Positions 40,898 through 49,704 of a DNA stretch of 64,000 nt are shown here, one piece after another. The DNA is from a virus: IMG/VR virus record IMGVR_UViG_3300030117_006141, positions 15,616-79,615 of that record; one strand, given 5' to 3'. Made by a program: the position numbers and the translations under genes. The stretch's first letter is position 1. Each line of letters opens with the position of its first letter. A model generated the notes under the pieces. The model worked only from the letters and a program-made list of their open reading frames with translations. It was not told where the DNA came from and did no database searches.

Positions 40898-41147
40898 ATC
40901 CTTCCTTCTTCATAAAAGTTAATATCTTCTTACCAATATACGAATCGATATCCACCATATTCTGATCTTCATTATCATTGAATATCACTCTATCTACATT
41001 CCCATCTTCATCGCGATAGTCTGTAACTAGGTATTTAACATCTACACCATCTGCGTCCTCTAATAGGATACGATAATCAGTATTATAGTGGGCTTCTGAT
41101 GAAGTCCATTTATCTGTTAATGTAAATTTTGCTTTTCTTGTAATCAT
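40881..41147 (-). CDS. Hypothetical protein
   Basis: 88-aa ORF. Confidence 0.5.
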   Translation of the reverse strand: MITRKAKFTLTDKWTSSEAHYNTDYRILLEDADGVDVKYLVTDYRDEDGNVDRVIFNDNEDQNMVDIDSYIGKKILTFMKKEGYEYKR

Positions 41148-41151
41148 ATTA

Positions 41152-43224
41152 TTATTTTTTTAGAAATAGTTTATTAAGTGTTTTGGCTAATTGAATTAAC
41201 GCATTAACATCAATCGTCTCTGCATCTCTCCCATACATCATTTGGAAGTTTCGAGATCCATAATCTCCTCTTGAAGATATAAAGTAACTTAATACTTTAA
41301 TACCCATCTTTTTAATATCGTTAACCCTTTTTCTTGTATGCTCTGCAGCAGGCTCTCCACCATAGTAGAATCCTTTTGGATTAGCATAAGGCTCTCCATC
41401 ACTAAAGTTAATAAAGTAACTATCCATGTTAGCAGAACTCTGAACCATTATATCTTTAATGGCCTCAAAACATAAACCTTCAGGTGTTAATCCACCAGGA
41501 GATAAATGCTTAAATAATCTTTGGATCTTATTAACATTGTCTGTTCTAGAATCATAGGCCATAAGAACCAATGGAACTTGATTCTGAGTAGTTCTGTAAG
41601 ATATCTGAACATGAATGTTATCGATCATAGAAGCAGCCTTAGCAATAGCTACAGCAGCGATCTGTGTCTTTTCCCATTTAGTTCCACCCATCGATCCACT
41701 AGCATCAATACTAAGGTGAATGTTGGCTGGATTATATTTATCACACATTGTCTGTGTAAAGATTCTCTCTGCGCCAAATCCTAAACTAGCAATTAATCTC
41801 TTATCAATCTTACCAGACTCTAATCTTGTAAACTTAGTGTTTCTTTCTTCACTTCTAACTTTAAGCTTCTTACCAAGCATACGACCCAATCTAAGACCGG
41901 CATTAATATTACCTTGCATATCTTCTCTTTCATATGTTCGAGATACTATATTACTAATAGTTCCTGAATCGATTACTCTCTGACTAAAGTTCTTAATAAC
42001 GATAACATCAGTAGAGCTACCCTTAGAGTGATAGTAGCTTTCATAGTCTTTACCAACTTCTTTAATCTCTGATCCAGATTCTTCTAACGATTGTAATTTT
42101 TTATAATCAGCCTTAGTAATTTTTTTCTTTCTAATATCACCATCTAAGAAATCTTCTTGTTTCTTTATAGCTCTTTTTACTTTAGATTTTTGTGCATCAG
42201 ACAATTCAGGTAAATCATCTGTAGGTGTACACCCGCCTCTTTGGCCTCCACTACTCTTCTTAGCTTCACCTCCCTCAGCTTTGGATCCATCATCATTAGA
42301 TTGACCTTCTGGAGTTTTAGCTTCTTTAGTTCCATTTGGATTAGAACAACTAGCACCTTCTCCCTGACAATCTTTTTCCTCTTCACCTTCTCCCTGACAA
42401 TCTGTATCTTCAGTTGTAGGTGTAGGTAAGTTTCTTTCTACTATTCTAAATATATCAAATGCAACCTCTAATGCTTCATCAGAATTCTTTAATCTACTAA
42501 TACATCTTAAATTAATAGTATTCCAGATATTCATAAATCCAGGTAATGCATTTAGATCACGATTCTCATTTGTGATATTACATATTCTAAACATATAAGA
42601 ATCCCAAGTAAGCTCTCTATACTCTTTAGAAGCTAGAGCTTTATCAATCGACTTATCATTAAAGTATTTATTATATAATGCATGATAGTATCCTTTATAA
42701 CCAGGAGCCGATGTAAATATAAAATTATCAATACGTCTATCTTCTATAATATTTAATAACTGTCTAACTTTACTTACAATATAATTCTCAACCATCCATT
42801 TAGCATCGCTATCATCCTTATCTGAAAAGTATTTATCTTTAATCATTTCCTTAATAGAATTTGGAATAACCATATCCGAGCTTTGTATCAAATCTCTTAA
42901 TGTATTAAAGTTAGTTAACTTAATATGAGAACCCTCATGTAAAGCTAAACCAACAGCAGAATCAAATTCCTTCTCATTTAGATTAGCAGATATAACTACT
43001 CTCTCACCATCAGTATAAGAATCACCACGTTGATCAAATGTAACAGGTATATCTTTACCCGTAACTAAATTTACGAAATTAGCAATAGCTCTTCTATAAC
43101 TAGCTAATCTAATTAAGTGAGCAGTATTATCTTTTGATACTTCTCCAGTTAATACATCGATATCATCATTTAGAAAGTTATCGCTTAACCAGAAACTTGA
43201 ATTGTTGTAATTTGTGTTTAACAT
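41152..43224 (-). CDS. HExxH metallopeptidase-like + vWA domain protein (CobT-like MoxR partner)
   Basis: LALHEGSH, NIIEDRRID, acidic/Gly linker, MIDAS IDASGSM, TPEG, FSDGEP. Confidence 0.85.
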   Translation of the reverse strand: MLNTNYNNSSFWLSDNFLNDDIDVLTGEVSKDNTAHLIRLASYRRAIANFVNLVTGKDIPVTFDQRGDSYTDGERVVISANLNEKEFDSAVGLALHEGSHIKLTNFNTLRDLIQSSDMVIPNSIKEMIKDKYFSDKDDSDAKWMVENYIVSKVRQLLNIIEDRRIDNFIFTSAPGYKGYYHALYNKYFNDKSIDKALASKEYRELTWDSYMFRICNITNENRDLNALPGFMNIWNTINLRCISRLKNSDEALEVAFDIFRIVERNLPTPTTEDTDCQGEGEEEKDCQGEGASCSNPNGTKEAKTPEGQSNDDGSKAEGGEAKKSSGGQRGGCTPTDDLPELSDAQKSKVKRAIKKQEDFLDGDIRKKKITKADYKKLQSLEESGSEIKEVGKDYESYYHSKGSSTDVIVIKNFSQRVIDSGTISNIVSRTYEREDMQGNINAGLRLGRMLGKKLKVRSEERNTKFTRLESGKIDKRLIASLGFGAERIFTQTMCDKYNPANIHLSIDASGSMGGTKWEKTQIAAVAIAKAASMIDNIHVQISYRTTQNQVPLVLMAYDSRTDNVNKIQRLFKHLSPGGLTPEGLCFEAIKDIMVQSSANMDSYFINFSDGEPYANPKGFYYGGEPAAEHTRKRVNDIKKMGIKVLSYFISSRGDYGSRNFQMMYGRDAETIDVNALIQLAKTLNKLFLKK

Positions 43225-43258
43225 ATCTTATTTATTTATATAATAAATATACGAACTA

Positions 43259-43381
43259 TTATTGACTTTTCCTACCGATTCCATAAAAAGTTATGAACAA
43301 TACTACGATAAATACTACTACCTTTAGTACTATTCTTAATTCGTTTACCTGTAGGCCTGGATCTCCGTTTAATTCAAACAT
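43259..43381 (-). CDS. Small membrane peptide (40 aa)
   Basis: Manual translation MFELNGDPGLQVNELRIVLKVVVFIVVLFITFYGIGRKSQ. Own promoter at 43403-43434. Confidence 0.4.
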   Translation of the reverse strand: MFELNGDPGLQVNELRIVLKVVVFIVVLFITFYGIGRKSQ

Positions 43382-43512
43382 ATTTATTAATTATTTATAA
43401 TATAAATATACGTAAAATATTTCACTTTTCCAAATATTTTCGCAGGTTTTTTCGGGTGGCGAGGCGAAAGTTATGAACCGCGCGGAGCGCGCCGTAAGCC
43501 CCGACGTATATA

Positions 43513-43710
43513 TTATTTATCATTATGATAATATCCTTCGGGTTCGTTCTCCATTCTTATAAATTCTCCGAGGGATACCATTACTTGAACATACTCATTA
43601 GGTTCATACATATCCTTAAATTTATTATTGGTAGTATGGTATTCAGTGATGTTATTATTAATAAGATCCTCCTTGAGAACCCATATAACTACTTGTTTAA
43701 TATTCGCCAT
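43513..43710 (-). CDS. Hypothetical protein
   Basis: 65-aa ORF. Confidence 0.45.
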   Translation of the reverse strand: MANIKQVVIWVLKEDLINNNITEYHTTNNKFKDMYEPNEYVQVMVSLGEFIRMENEPEGYYHNDK

Positions 43711-43964
43711 ATCTTATTTAATTCTTTCATTTGGTATTTTAATAAACTGGAACTACTTGATGAGAACAAGACCTCTCTACATTCATGGAATAAATCTGGT
43801 ATAGTATCTACATCATATTCGGCACTACTCATTTTATCAGGATTATCTATTATATACGACCATATACGTAATAACTTCATATATTGATTAGAGTTATTAT
43901 ATATAGGAGTACCTACAGACATAGGAGGTTTAATAGTATGATCTTGTTTAATATACTTACTCAT
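43689..43964 (-). CDS. Hypothetical protein
   Basis: 91-aa ORF. Confidence 0.45.
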   Translation of the reverse strand: MSKYIKQDHTIKPPMSVGTPIYNNSNQYMKLLRIWSYIIDNPDKMSSAEYDVDTIPDLFHECREVLFSSSSSSLLKYQMKELNKIWRILNK

Positions 43965-44139
43965 CTTTATTATCTTTACTACCTGTAATATTATTAAGAG
44001 CCTTCTCGAATAGGTCTCTAGTCTCCATATGGGGATGTTCGTCCCTTAGCCTATTAGTCTCTTTATCAAATTGCTTATTGACGCCAAGGCGATTCACTTC
44101 CTCCATAATGTGTATTAATTTATCTTCCCAATGTCCCAT
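43957..44139 (-). CDS. Hypothetical protein
   Basis: Likely start MGHWED at 44139. Confidence 0.45.
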   Translation of the reverse strand: MGHWEDKLIHIMEEVNRLGVNKQFDKETNRLRDEHPHMETRDLFEKALNNITGSKDNKDE

Positions 44140-44222
44140 TAATAGTTTCCTTCTCCGTAGGTATATACTTCCCACATACGCAAGACGACATACTACCTAC
44201 TATTATTAATATCGTTATTATT

Positions 44223-44414
44223 CTAATCATTATCTTTTATTTTATTCCAAACCCTTTCATGTATATAATACATTAAAGCACCTGTTACATTCATTATAAG
44301 AGCGTTCCATAAAGGACTGGATGTTAGCAAAGCTGCTAGGATCAAATAACTATTTATTATAGCTATTATTCTCCAACTTACCGTCTTAGAGAAACTCCTC
44401 TTTCTACTATCCAC
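44223..44414 (-). CDS. DUF2061-like membrane protein
   Basis: RKRSFSKTVSWRIIA...YYIHERVWNKI. Confidence 0.7.
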   Translation of the reverse strand: MDSRKRSFSKTVSWRIIAIINSYLILAALLTSSPLWNALIMNVTGALMYYIHERVWNKIKDND

Positions 44415-44695
44415 TATTTGTATTGTTTATACATTCTATTCATTGCAATTAAGTCTTCCTTAGCTACCCTATGATGTACTCCGTATCTCTTTATATCCCT
44501 TAATACACGCTTAACGAAACCACAAGGTCCATTCCTTTCCCTTAATAGAGAATATAACATTGTGATCTTTTCATATAGAGGATGGAATTCATGTGTTATA
44601 TCCCTAGCTACAGTATCTCCATAATCTCCTGGTCCACTAGTGTAGGTGTAGTATCTTCCTACCCTTCCTAGTTCTAAATCGCTCTTTGTTTCCAT
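44414..44695 (-). CDS. Hypothetical protein
   Basis: 93-aa ORF. Promoter at 44702-44733. Confidence 0.5.
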   Translation of the reverse strand: METKSDLELGRVGRYYTYTSGPGDYGDTVARDITHEFHPLYEKITMLYSLLRERNGPCGFVKRVLRDIKRYGVHHRVAKEDLIAMNRMYKQYK

Positions 44696-45077
44696 AGTTG
44701 ATTAATATACAAAATTTATTTTAATTATCCAACACTATTGTTGTTTTTCTTATACTCACACATACTATGTGTAATGTGTGTATGAAACCCATTTGGCAAA
44801 AAAATAGGTTCGCGATATGAATCGGTCAGTGCCTCAAAAAATTTATAAAAACTTTTGGGATGACCCGATAACCTCCCCCACGCGCGAGCTAGGAACTGAA
44901 GTAACCCCTACCCGGGTGAAGTAAATTAACTGTTCATAACTTTTCATATCTTTTTTTATTTATGAATACTTACGAACCACCCTATTGTTCATTACTATAA
45001 TAATGAAGTAGGAAAGGTGAAGTACTATACTGTCTATCTCTATATCGTATGTACTCCACCTCTAGAGTGTTAATCAC

Positions 45078-46229
45078 CTACTCCGCGTCCTCCATATCTT
45101 CGGTATTAAATAGATCCTCATTAGATCCATCGTCACAGTACTTCTGAACTAATTGCTTAACAAACGTTCTCTCACTATCTACTCCTCCGTCGTTACTATA
45201 TTGAGGGTATATAGTTATCTCTGCTGCCTCTCCTAATGTAAAGCCATCATATAGTAGTCCTGCTATCTCTACGGCAGTTCTAGTAGATACCCCAGACTCT
45301 ATACGTCCAGTCTCATTAGCTGCCTCTATACGTGTGTTAGTACATATCTCAGCTACATTATCTAATACCTTACTATCTACCCTTGGATATAATGATTGTA
45401 ATAGATCAGACTCTTCGTCCTTACCTAGTAGGTCTACCTCTATAATAGTAAATCTATCTACTAAGGCTTTATCCATTACTCTAGTACTAGTATATTCGTT
45501 ACCTATATTAGCAGTCGCTATAAAGGTTACTCCGTCAGCTACTTTAATAGTTTCCTGACCTTCAGATTCATCTAGTCTAAGATATCTCTGTCCATAGTCT
45601 AATACAGTCATTAGGATATTCCAAGCATCAGGATGTGCCCTTGATAACTCGTCCATTAGGATTACAGCGTTAGGTGTCTGGATCGCCTTAACGAATAAAG
45701 ACTCGCTAAAGTGTGTGCCCTTCTCCTTGTCGAATTGAACATTACCGATTAGGGTAGCACGAGGATCTTGAGTAGCTCCTAGATTGAAATAGAAGTCAGG
45801 TCGATCCAGACCATTAACTAATGCCTTTGCAGCTAGTGTTTTACCACATCCTGCCGGTCCTACCATCATAATATTCTTACCTCTTACGGCACTTCTTATA
45901 AGGTATTTCCACTTTAACTCAGGCATTTTTAGTGTATTAGGCTTTAGGTCATAAGACGTATTAATGAAATTCATTACCTCTAATTGCTCTTGAGGCACTT
46001 TTTCCGTCTTAGCTGACTCACGATTATGAGCTTTTACAGCCTTATTATACACTGACATTGGTACTTGTTTCCATGTAGTACCTGTAAATTCGATGGCATT
46101 TCCATTATCAGCCACCTTAGATTTCATTTGCGAATACAGTTTTCCTGGTAAACTAGATACAAAATTACCTGTTGCATCCTTTACTTGATACTTACCATCT
46201 ACTCTTTCGACTTTAAATACATTTAACAT
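45078..46229 (-). CDS. MoxR/CobS-like AAA+ ATPase
   Basis: Walker A GPAGCGKT, Walker B ILMDELSRA, FIATAN, MDKALVDRF, STR. Confidence 0.9.
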   Translation of the reverse strand: MLNVFKVERVDGKYQVKDATGNFVSSLPGKLYSQMKSKVADNGNAIEFTGTTWKQVPMSVYNKAVKAHNRESAKTEKVPQEQLEVMNFINTSYDLKPNTLKMPELKWKYLIRSAVRGKNIMMVGPAGCGKTLAAKALVNGLDRPDFYFNLGATQDPRATLIGNVQFDKEKGTHFSESLFVKAIQTPNAVILMDELSRAHPDAWNILMTVLDYGQRYLRLDESEGQETIKVADGVTFIATANIGNEYTSTRVMDKALVDRFTIIEVDLLGKDEESDLLQSLYPRVDSKVLDNVAEICTNTRIEAANETGRIESGVSTRTAVEIAGLLYDGFTLGEAAEITIYPQYSNDGGVDSERTFVKQLVQKYCDDGSNEDLFNTEDMEDAE

Positions 46230-46259
46230 ACACTCTATTTTTTAATTTAACACTCTTTA

Positions 46260-46396
46260 ATAAGAACAGGACCGGGCGCAATTGAGATTTTATGCTAGAT
46301 TAAATTTCTCCTTTTAGCTGTTAGACTCGTCGTCGTGAGCTCCTTTGGCGCATTATTGAGATTTTGCTATTGAATCCTCCCGGATCCCTTTCTTAT
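46260..46396 (-). ncRNA. Candidate structured leader/sRNA upstream of the AAA+ gene
   Basis: Closing stem ATAAGAAAGGGATCCGGG / CCCGGTCCTGTTCTTAT. Two internal copies of TAGCA..AAAATCTCAAT..TGCGCC. Starts just downstream of promoter 46405-46436. Confidence 0.55.
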
Positions 46397-46404
46397 TTAT
46401 ATTA

Positions 46405-46765
46405 TAAATATACGAACTTTTTCGCACATATACAACCTTTTTCTCAGTTATTTTTATAAAGTTATGAACAATCCGAATATAATAACCACTACTCCGAGGG
46501 TCATATATAGCCTATTCATCTCTTTTTTTCCCTGGTTTAGGTCATCTTCTGTGACTAATGGTGGGAATGGGTTTCTATAGTTTGTAATCATAACTTTAAA
46601 TCTTTATATCTTATATATAAAGATACGTAAAATTTTCCAATTATCCAAATTTTTTGACAGGTTTTTTCAGATTTTTTTGTAATTGTTCATAACTTTTTAT
46701 TATTATTATAGGAATAGTCCTCCCAATATAATATAAATATACGAAAAATAAACGTAATTTCCAAA
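46405..46765 (-). promoter_or_regulatory. Three tandem host-type promoters
   Basis: GTTG-N20-TATATTTA (46405-46436), TTTG-N20-TATCTTTA (46618-46649), TTTG-N20-TATATTTA (46734-46765). Confidence 0.75.
46455..46592 (-). CDS. Small membrane peptide (45 aa)
   Basis: Manual translation MITNYRNPFPP...LGVVVIIFGLFITL. Promoter at 46618-46649. Confidence 0.4.
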
Positions 46766-47248
46766 TTTTTTTGCATAAATCGGCCTGCGATCTACCCTAT
46801 CTTAGACAGTCTAGGACAGGCAATAACACGGGTTGGGTGAATAAGTATACGTCTGGAAGGAGATCTCGCAGTATATCGCCTCTAAATAGCCTTAAATTGA
46901 ATGGATTATAGGACAGGAAGTCCCACCATAAAAAAAAGTTACGAACAATTATTCATAACTTTGTATAGGGTTTTGCTGGGAGGAAAAATGAAAAGGGAGG
47001 GAGGCATGCGTGTGTCAAAATATCAAAAATCTTACATACTAGATACCAAAAATACGTAGATAAGTATCTGGTTTATCATATTATCGTATACATTGTAATT
47101 AGGGATCCTAAATAGCTAGGAGGAATATAGCTATCATCATTATGATATAGATGGCTGGTGTTATGTCTATCTTATTAGTCTCGTTCATGTATATAAATAG
47201 GCAGAATGGTTGCTAGGCTGATGACCTAAACATGAAATTTACATGAAT

Positions 47249-47389
47249 TTAATGGTTCGGGTTCTTCAGGTATTCTCTTATTATATAGATACAGTATGTA
47301 AGGGCTGGTGATCCCATAGCTAATAACCATAGGATTGAGGGATGTCCTTCCCCACATGCTCCGGTAAAGTGTCTTAAAAATTCTATCAT
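47249..47389 (-). CDS. Small membrane peptide (46 aa)
   Basis: Manual translation MIEFLRHFTGACGEGHPSILWLLAM...; overlaps the stop of the upstream ORF (ATGA). Confidence 0.45.
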   Translation of the reverse strand: MIEFLRHFTGACGEGHPSILWLLAMGSPALTYCIYIIREYLKNPNH

Positions 47390-47568
47390 TTGTGTACGTC
47401 CATAAAGTTCTTAACTAATACATATAGTGCCCAAGGCCATGCTAATACTATGAAGAGTCGTTCTCTCCATCCTAGGTAATGCTTTGGGTTATCAGGTTCT
47501 AGGTATAACCAATGTAATATATCTACTATACCCATAAATACTACACCTAATATTAAATATGCTGTCAT
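47386..47568 (-). CDS. Small membrane protein
   Basis: Two hydrophobic segments, WP motif. Confidence 0.5.
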   Translation of the reverse strand: MTAYLILGVVFMGIVDILHWLYLEPDNPKHYLGWRERLFIVLAWPWALYVLVKNFMDVHK

Positions 47569-47814
47569 TTCTTATTTCTTTCTTTTTCTTCTAACTTCTT
47601 TATATTATCTAATAACTTATCATTACTGTCATCACTCATATAACTGGATAGGATTGCCACTACTCCAAATGAGATGATTCCTATTGTTATTATTATTAAT
47701 ATATTTTCCATTATTTTCTCTTTGTGTTCTTATCTATATGTCTTTCTATCTGACTCGATATATACATTCCTAACGCTACTCCTGCGCATAAGATAGTTAA
47801 ATGTGATATTACCA

Positions 47815-48027
47815 TTACTTCCATGATTTAATTATTTCCTTTAGTTTATCTATTAATTCTAATACTTCCTCGGGTTCCATCGTTATCGCACAACATACGT
47901 TAACGTTCTCCTCTATTTCCTCGAGTAATTTTAATGCTTCTTCTTTCATATTATACGGACAATTAGTACATCCATTCTTACAACAATAACCTCTATTTAA
48001 TAAGAATTCCCTGCTTAAAGGTTCCAT
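47815..48027 (-). CDS. DUF5522-like Cys-rich protein
   Basis: FLLNRGYCCKNGCTNCPY. Confidence 0.6.
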   Translation of the reverse strand: MEPLSREFLLNRGYCCKNGCTNCPYNMKEEALKLLEEIEENVNVCCAITMEPEEVLELIDKLKEIIKSWK

Positions 48028-48278
48028 TATATATCAAGATCATCATCTACTTGTCTAATGATATGGTCGTAAACGAATTTACTCCAACATTTCTTTATTT
48101 TATTATATAGTCTTCTCATTTATCTATACTCAAATATAATACGATAGATGCCACAAATAAACAACCACATAAATACAATACTAATCCCATTTATCTTGAT
48201 CTTTCTTTGCTTTATATAACAATAGTCCTATTATAGTAGGGATGGCTAACATTGTTACCACCATTAATATATCTTCTA

Positions 48279-48752
48279 TTATTCCCATATTGTATCTCCA
48301 TCATTACCTATCCACATCTTCTCTTCATCGGACTCTAATAAATCATATAAATCTGATCTATTCCAATCTCTGTCGGAAGGTTCATATTGTCCATACTCAC
48401 TCTTACCTTCTTTACCATGATACTCTTCTTTAACATGATATACATGCCATATTGTATCTCCGTAGATATCTAACCATATTTTTCTTCCATCCTTATAGAA
48501 GGAGGAAAGGAAGGTGGTATCTTCCCATTCTTCATACACACCATCACCATCGATATCTATTATATTACCATAACTTACCGAATCCACCGCAATAACGCTG
48601 TCAAGCGTAGGGGCGAGATTTTTCGGGGCTTCCGGTTTTCGATGAGCCTCGCACGAATGCTTGCAACTTGTCATCATAATTAGCATCATAGTAAAAAATA
48701 CTATTGCAATTAATAAAAATACCTGTACCGAATTTTTTAATAACTTTCTCAT
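48279..48752 (-). CDS. Putative lipoprotein
   Basis: Basic N-terminus, hydrophobic stretch, lipobox-like MTSC. DIDGDG Ca-binding-like loop. Confidence 0.55.
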   Translation of the reverse strand: MRKLLKNSVQVFLLIAIVFFTMMLIMMTSCKHSCEAHRKPEAPKNLAPTLDSVIAVDSVSYGNIIDIDGDGVYEEWEDTTFLSSFYKDGRKIWLDIYGDTIWHVYHVKEEYHGKEGKSEYGQYEPSDRDWNRSDLYDLLESDEEKMWIGNDGDTIWE

Positions 48753-48825
48753 AATCTTATCTTATTTATTTATATAATAAATATACGTAAAATAAATGAC
48801 TTATCCAAATATTTTCGCAGGTTTT

Positions 48826-48981
48826 TTAGAAAGACCAACCAAAATTTAAGACAATGAATCTACCCTTACCTGAGCTGAAATCTACCTTAAATTCTAGAAT
48901 TGTAAATCTACCTAGTCTAATCTCTAATGAGATAACGTCGTCTTGTTTGTTACCTTTTCTCCAAGAATTAATCCAATTCAT
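48826..48981 (-). CDS. Small hypothetical protein (51 aa)
   Basis: Manual translation MNWINSWRKGNKQDD...FIVLNFGWSF. Confidence 0.45.
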   Translation of the reverse strand: MNWINSWRKGNKQDDVISLEIRLGRFTILEFKVDFSSGKGRFIVLNFGWSF

Positions 48982-48985
48982 AATT

Positions 48986-49348
48986 TTACTCCTTTTTATC
49001 TGTTATTGTTTCTATTTCTAACTGACTATCTTCGTTAGTATATTTATCTTTTACTATATCTGCATCTTGTAACATATCTTCTAATGACCAACCATCAGGT
49101 CCATCGATATCATCAAGTGTTCCTTCGTTATATTTATCATCTATTAATTGTATGATTTCATCTTCCGATAATCCCTTAAACTCTGGATAATCCTCTGTGT
49201 TGATCTCCAATACTCTCCAAGATGTATTTGTATACCACTCTGTCTTTATTAATTTTAATTTTGTCATAACTATCTCATTTCCATAATCTCCCGCCTCTCT
49301 GGATCTTATTATTCCTGTATCGGGATTTCGTTCATAAATTTTTGCCAT
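48986..49348 (-). CDS. Hypothetical acidic protein
   Basis: 120 aa, N-terminal KIYERNPDTG. Confidence 0.5.
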   Translation of the reverse strand: MAKIYERNPDTGIIRSREAGDYGNEIVMTKLKLIKTEWYTNTSWRVLEINTEDYPEFKGLSEDEIIQLIDDKYNEGTLDDIDGPDGWSLEDMLQDADIVKDKYTNEDSQLEIETITDKKE

Positions 49349-49369
49349 AAGTAACCGTGCTATATTATA

Positions 49370-49696
49370 TTAGTCTTCTATTGTTAAACTACCTTTATTC
49401 TTCCAACTGTCCCACGCCTTATCAAATCGTCTATCCGTTGATGATATAACACCATTTACACGATCTATATATTCCTTCCTCTGTTCATCTAATTTTCTGT
49501 AGATATCATTTTGAACTTCGTTTCTTTCCCTAACACAATCCTCTATAATTCTTTTGATCTCTACATCATGATCTATAAGTTCCATTCTTAGATCATCTAC
49601 TTCGTTAATTTTTCTTTCCAACCTAACCACTCCAAAAAACGCGTAGCATATTGCACACACTAGTAAAGTAATCAGCACTGTTAAAATTATATCCAT
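49370..49696 (-). CDS. Membrane-anchored coiled-coil protein
   Basis: N-terminal TM, coiled coil. Bracketed by a 16-bp inverted repeat. Confidence 0.55.
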   Translation of the reverse strand: MDIILTVLITLLVCAICYAFFGVVRLERKINEVDDLRMELIDHDVEIKRIIEDCVRERNEVQNDIYRKLDEQRKEYIDRVNGVISSTDRRFDKAWDSWKNKGSLTIED

Positions 49697-49704
49697 ATCT
49701 TTTC

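Noticed and set aside
42360-42405. Short DCQGEG tandem repeat, and NK/SD microsatellite-like tracts near 62800-63370
   Set aside because: Ordinary low-complexity linker expansions within coding sequence.
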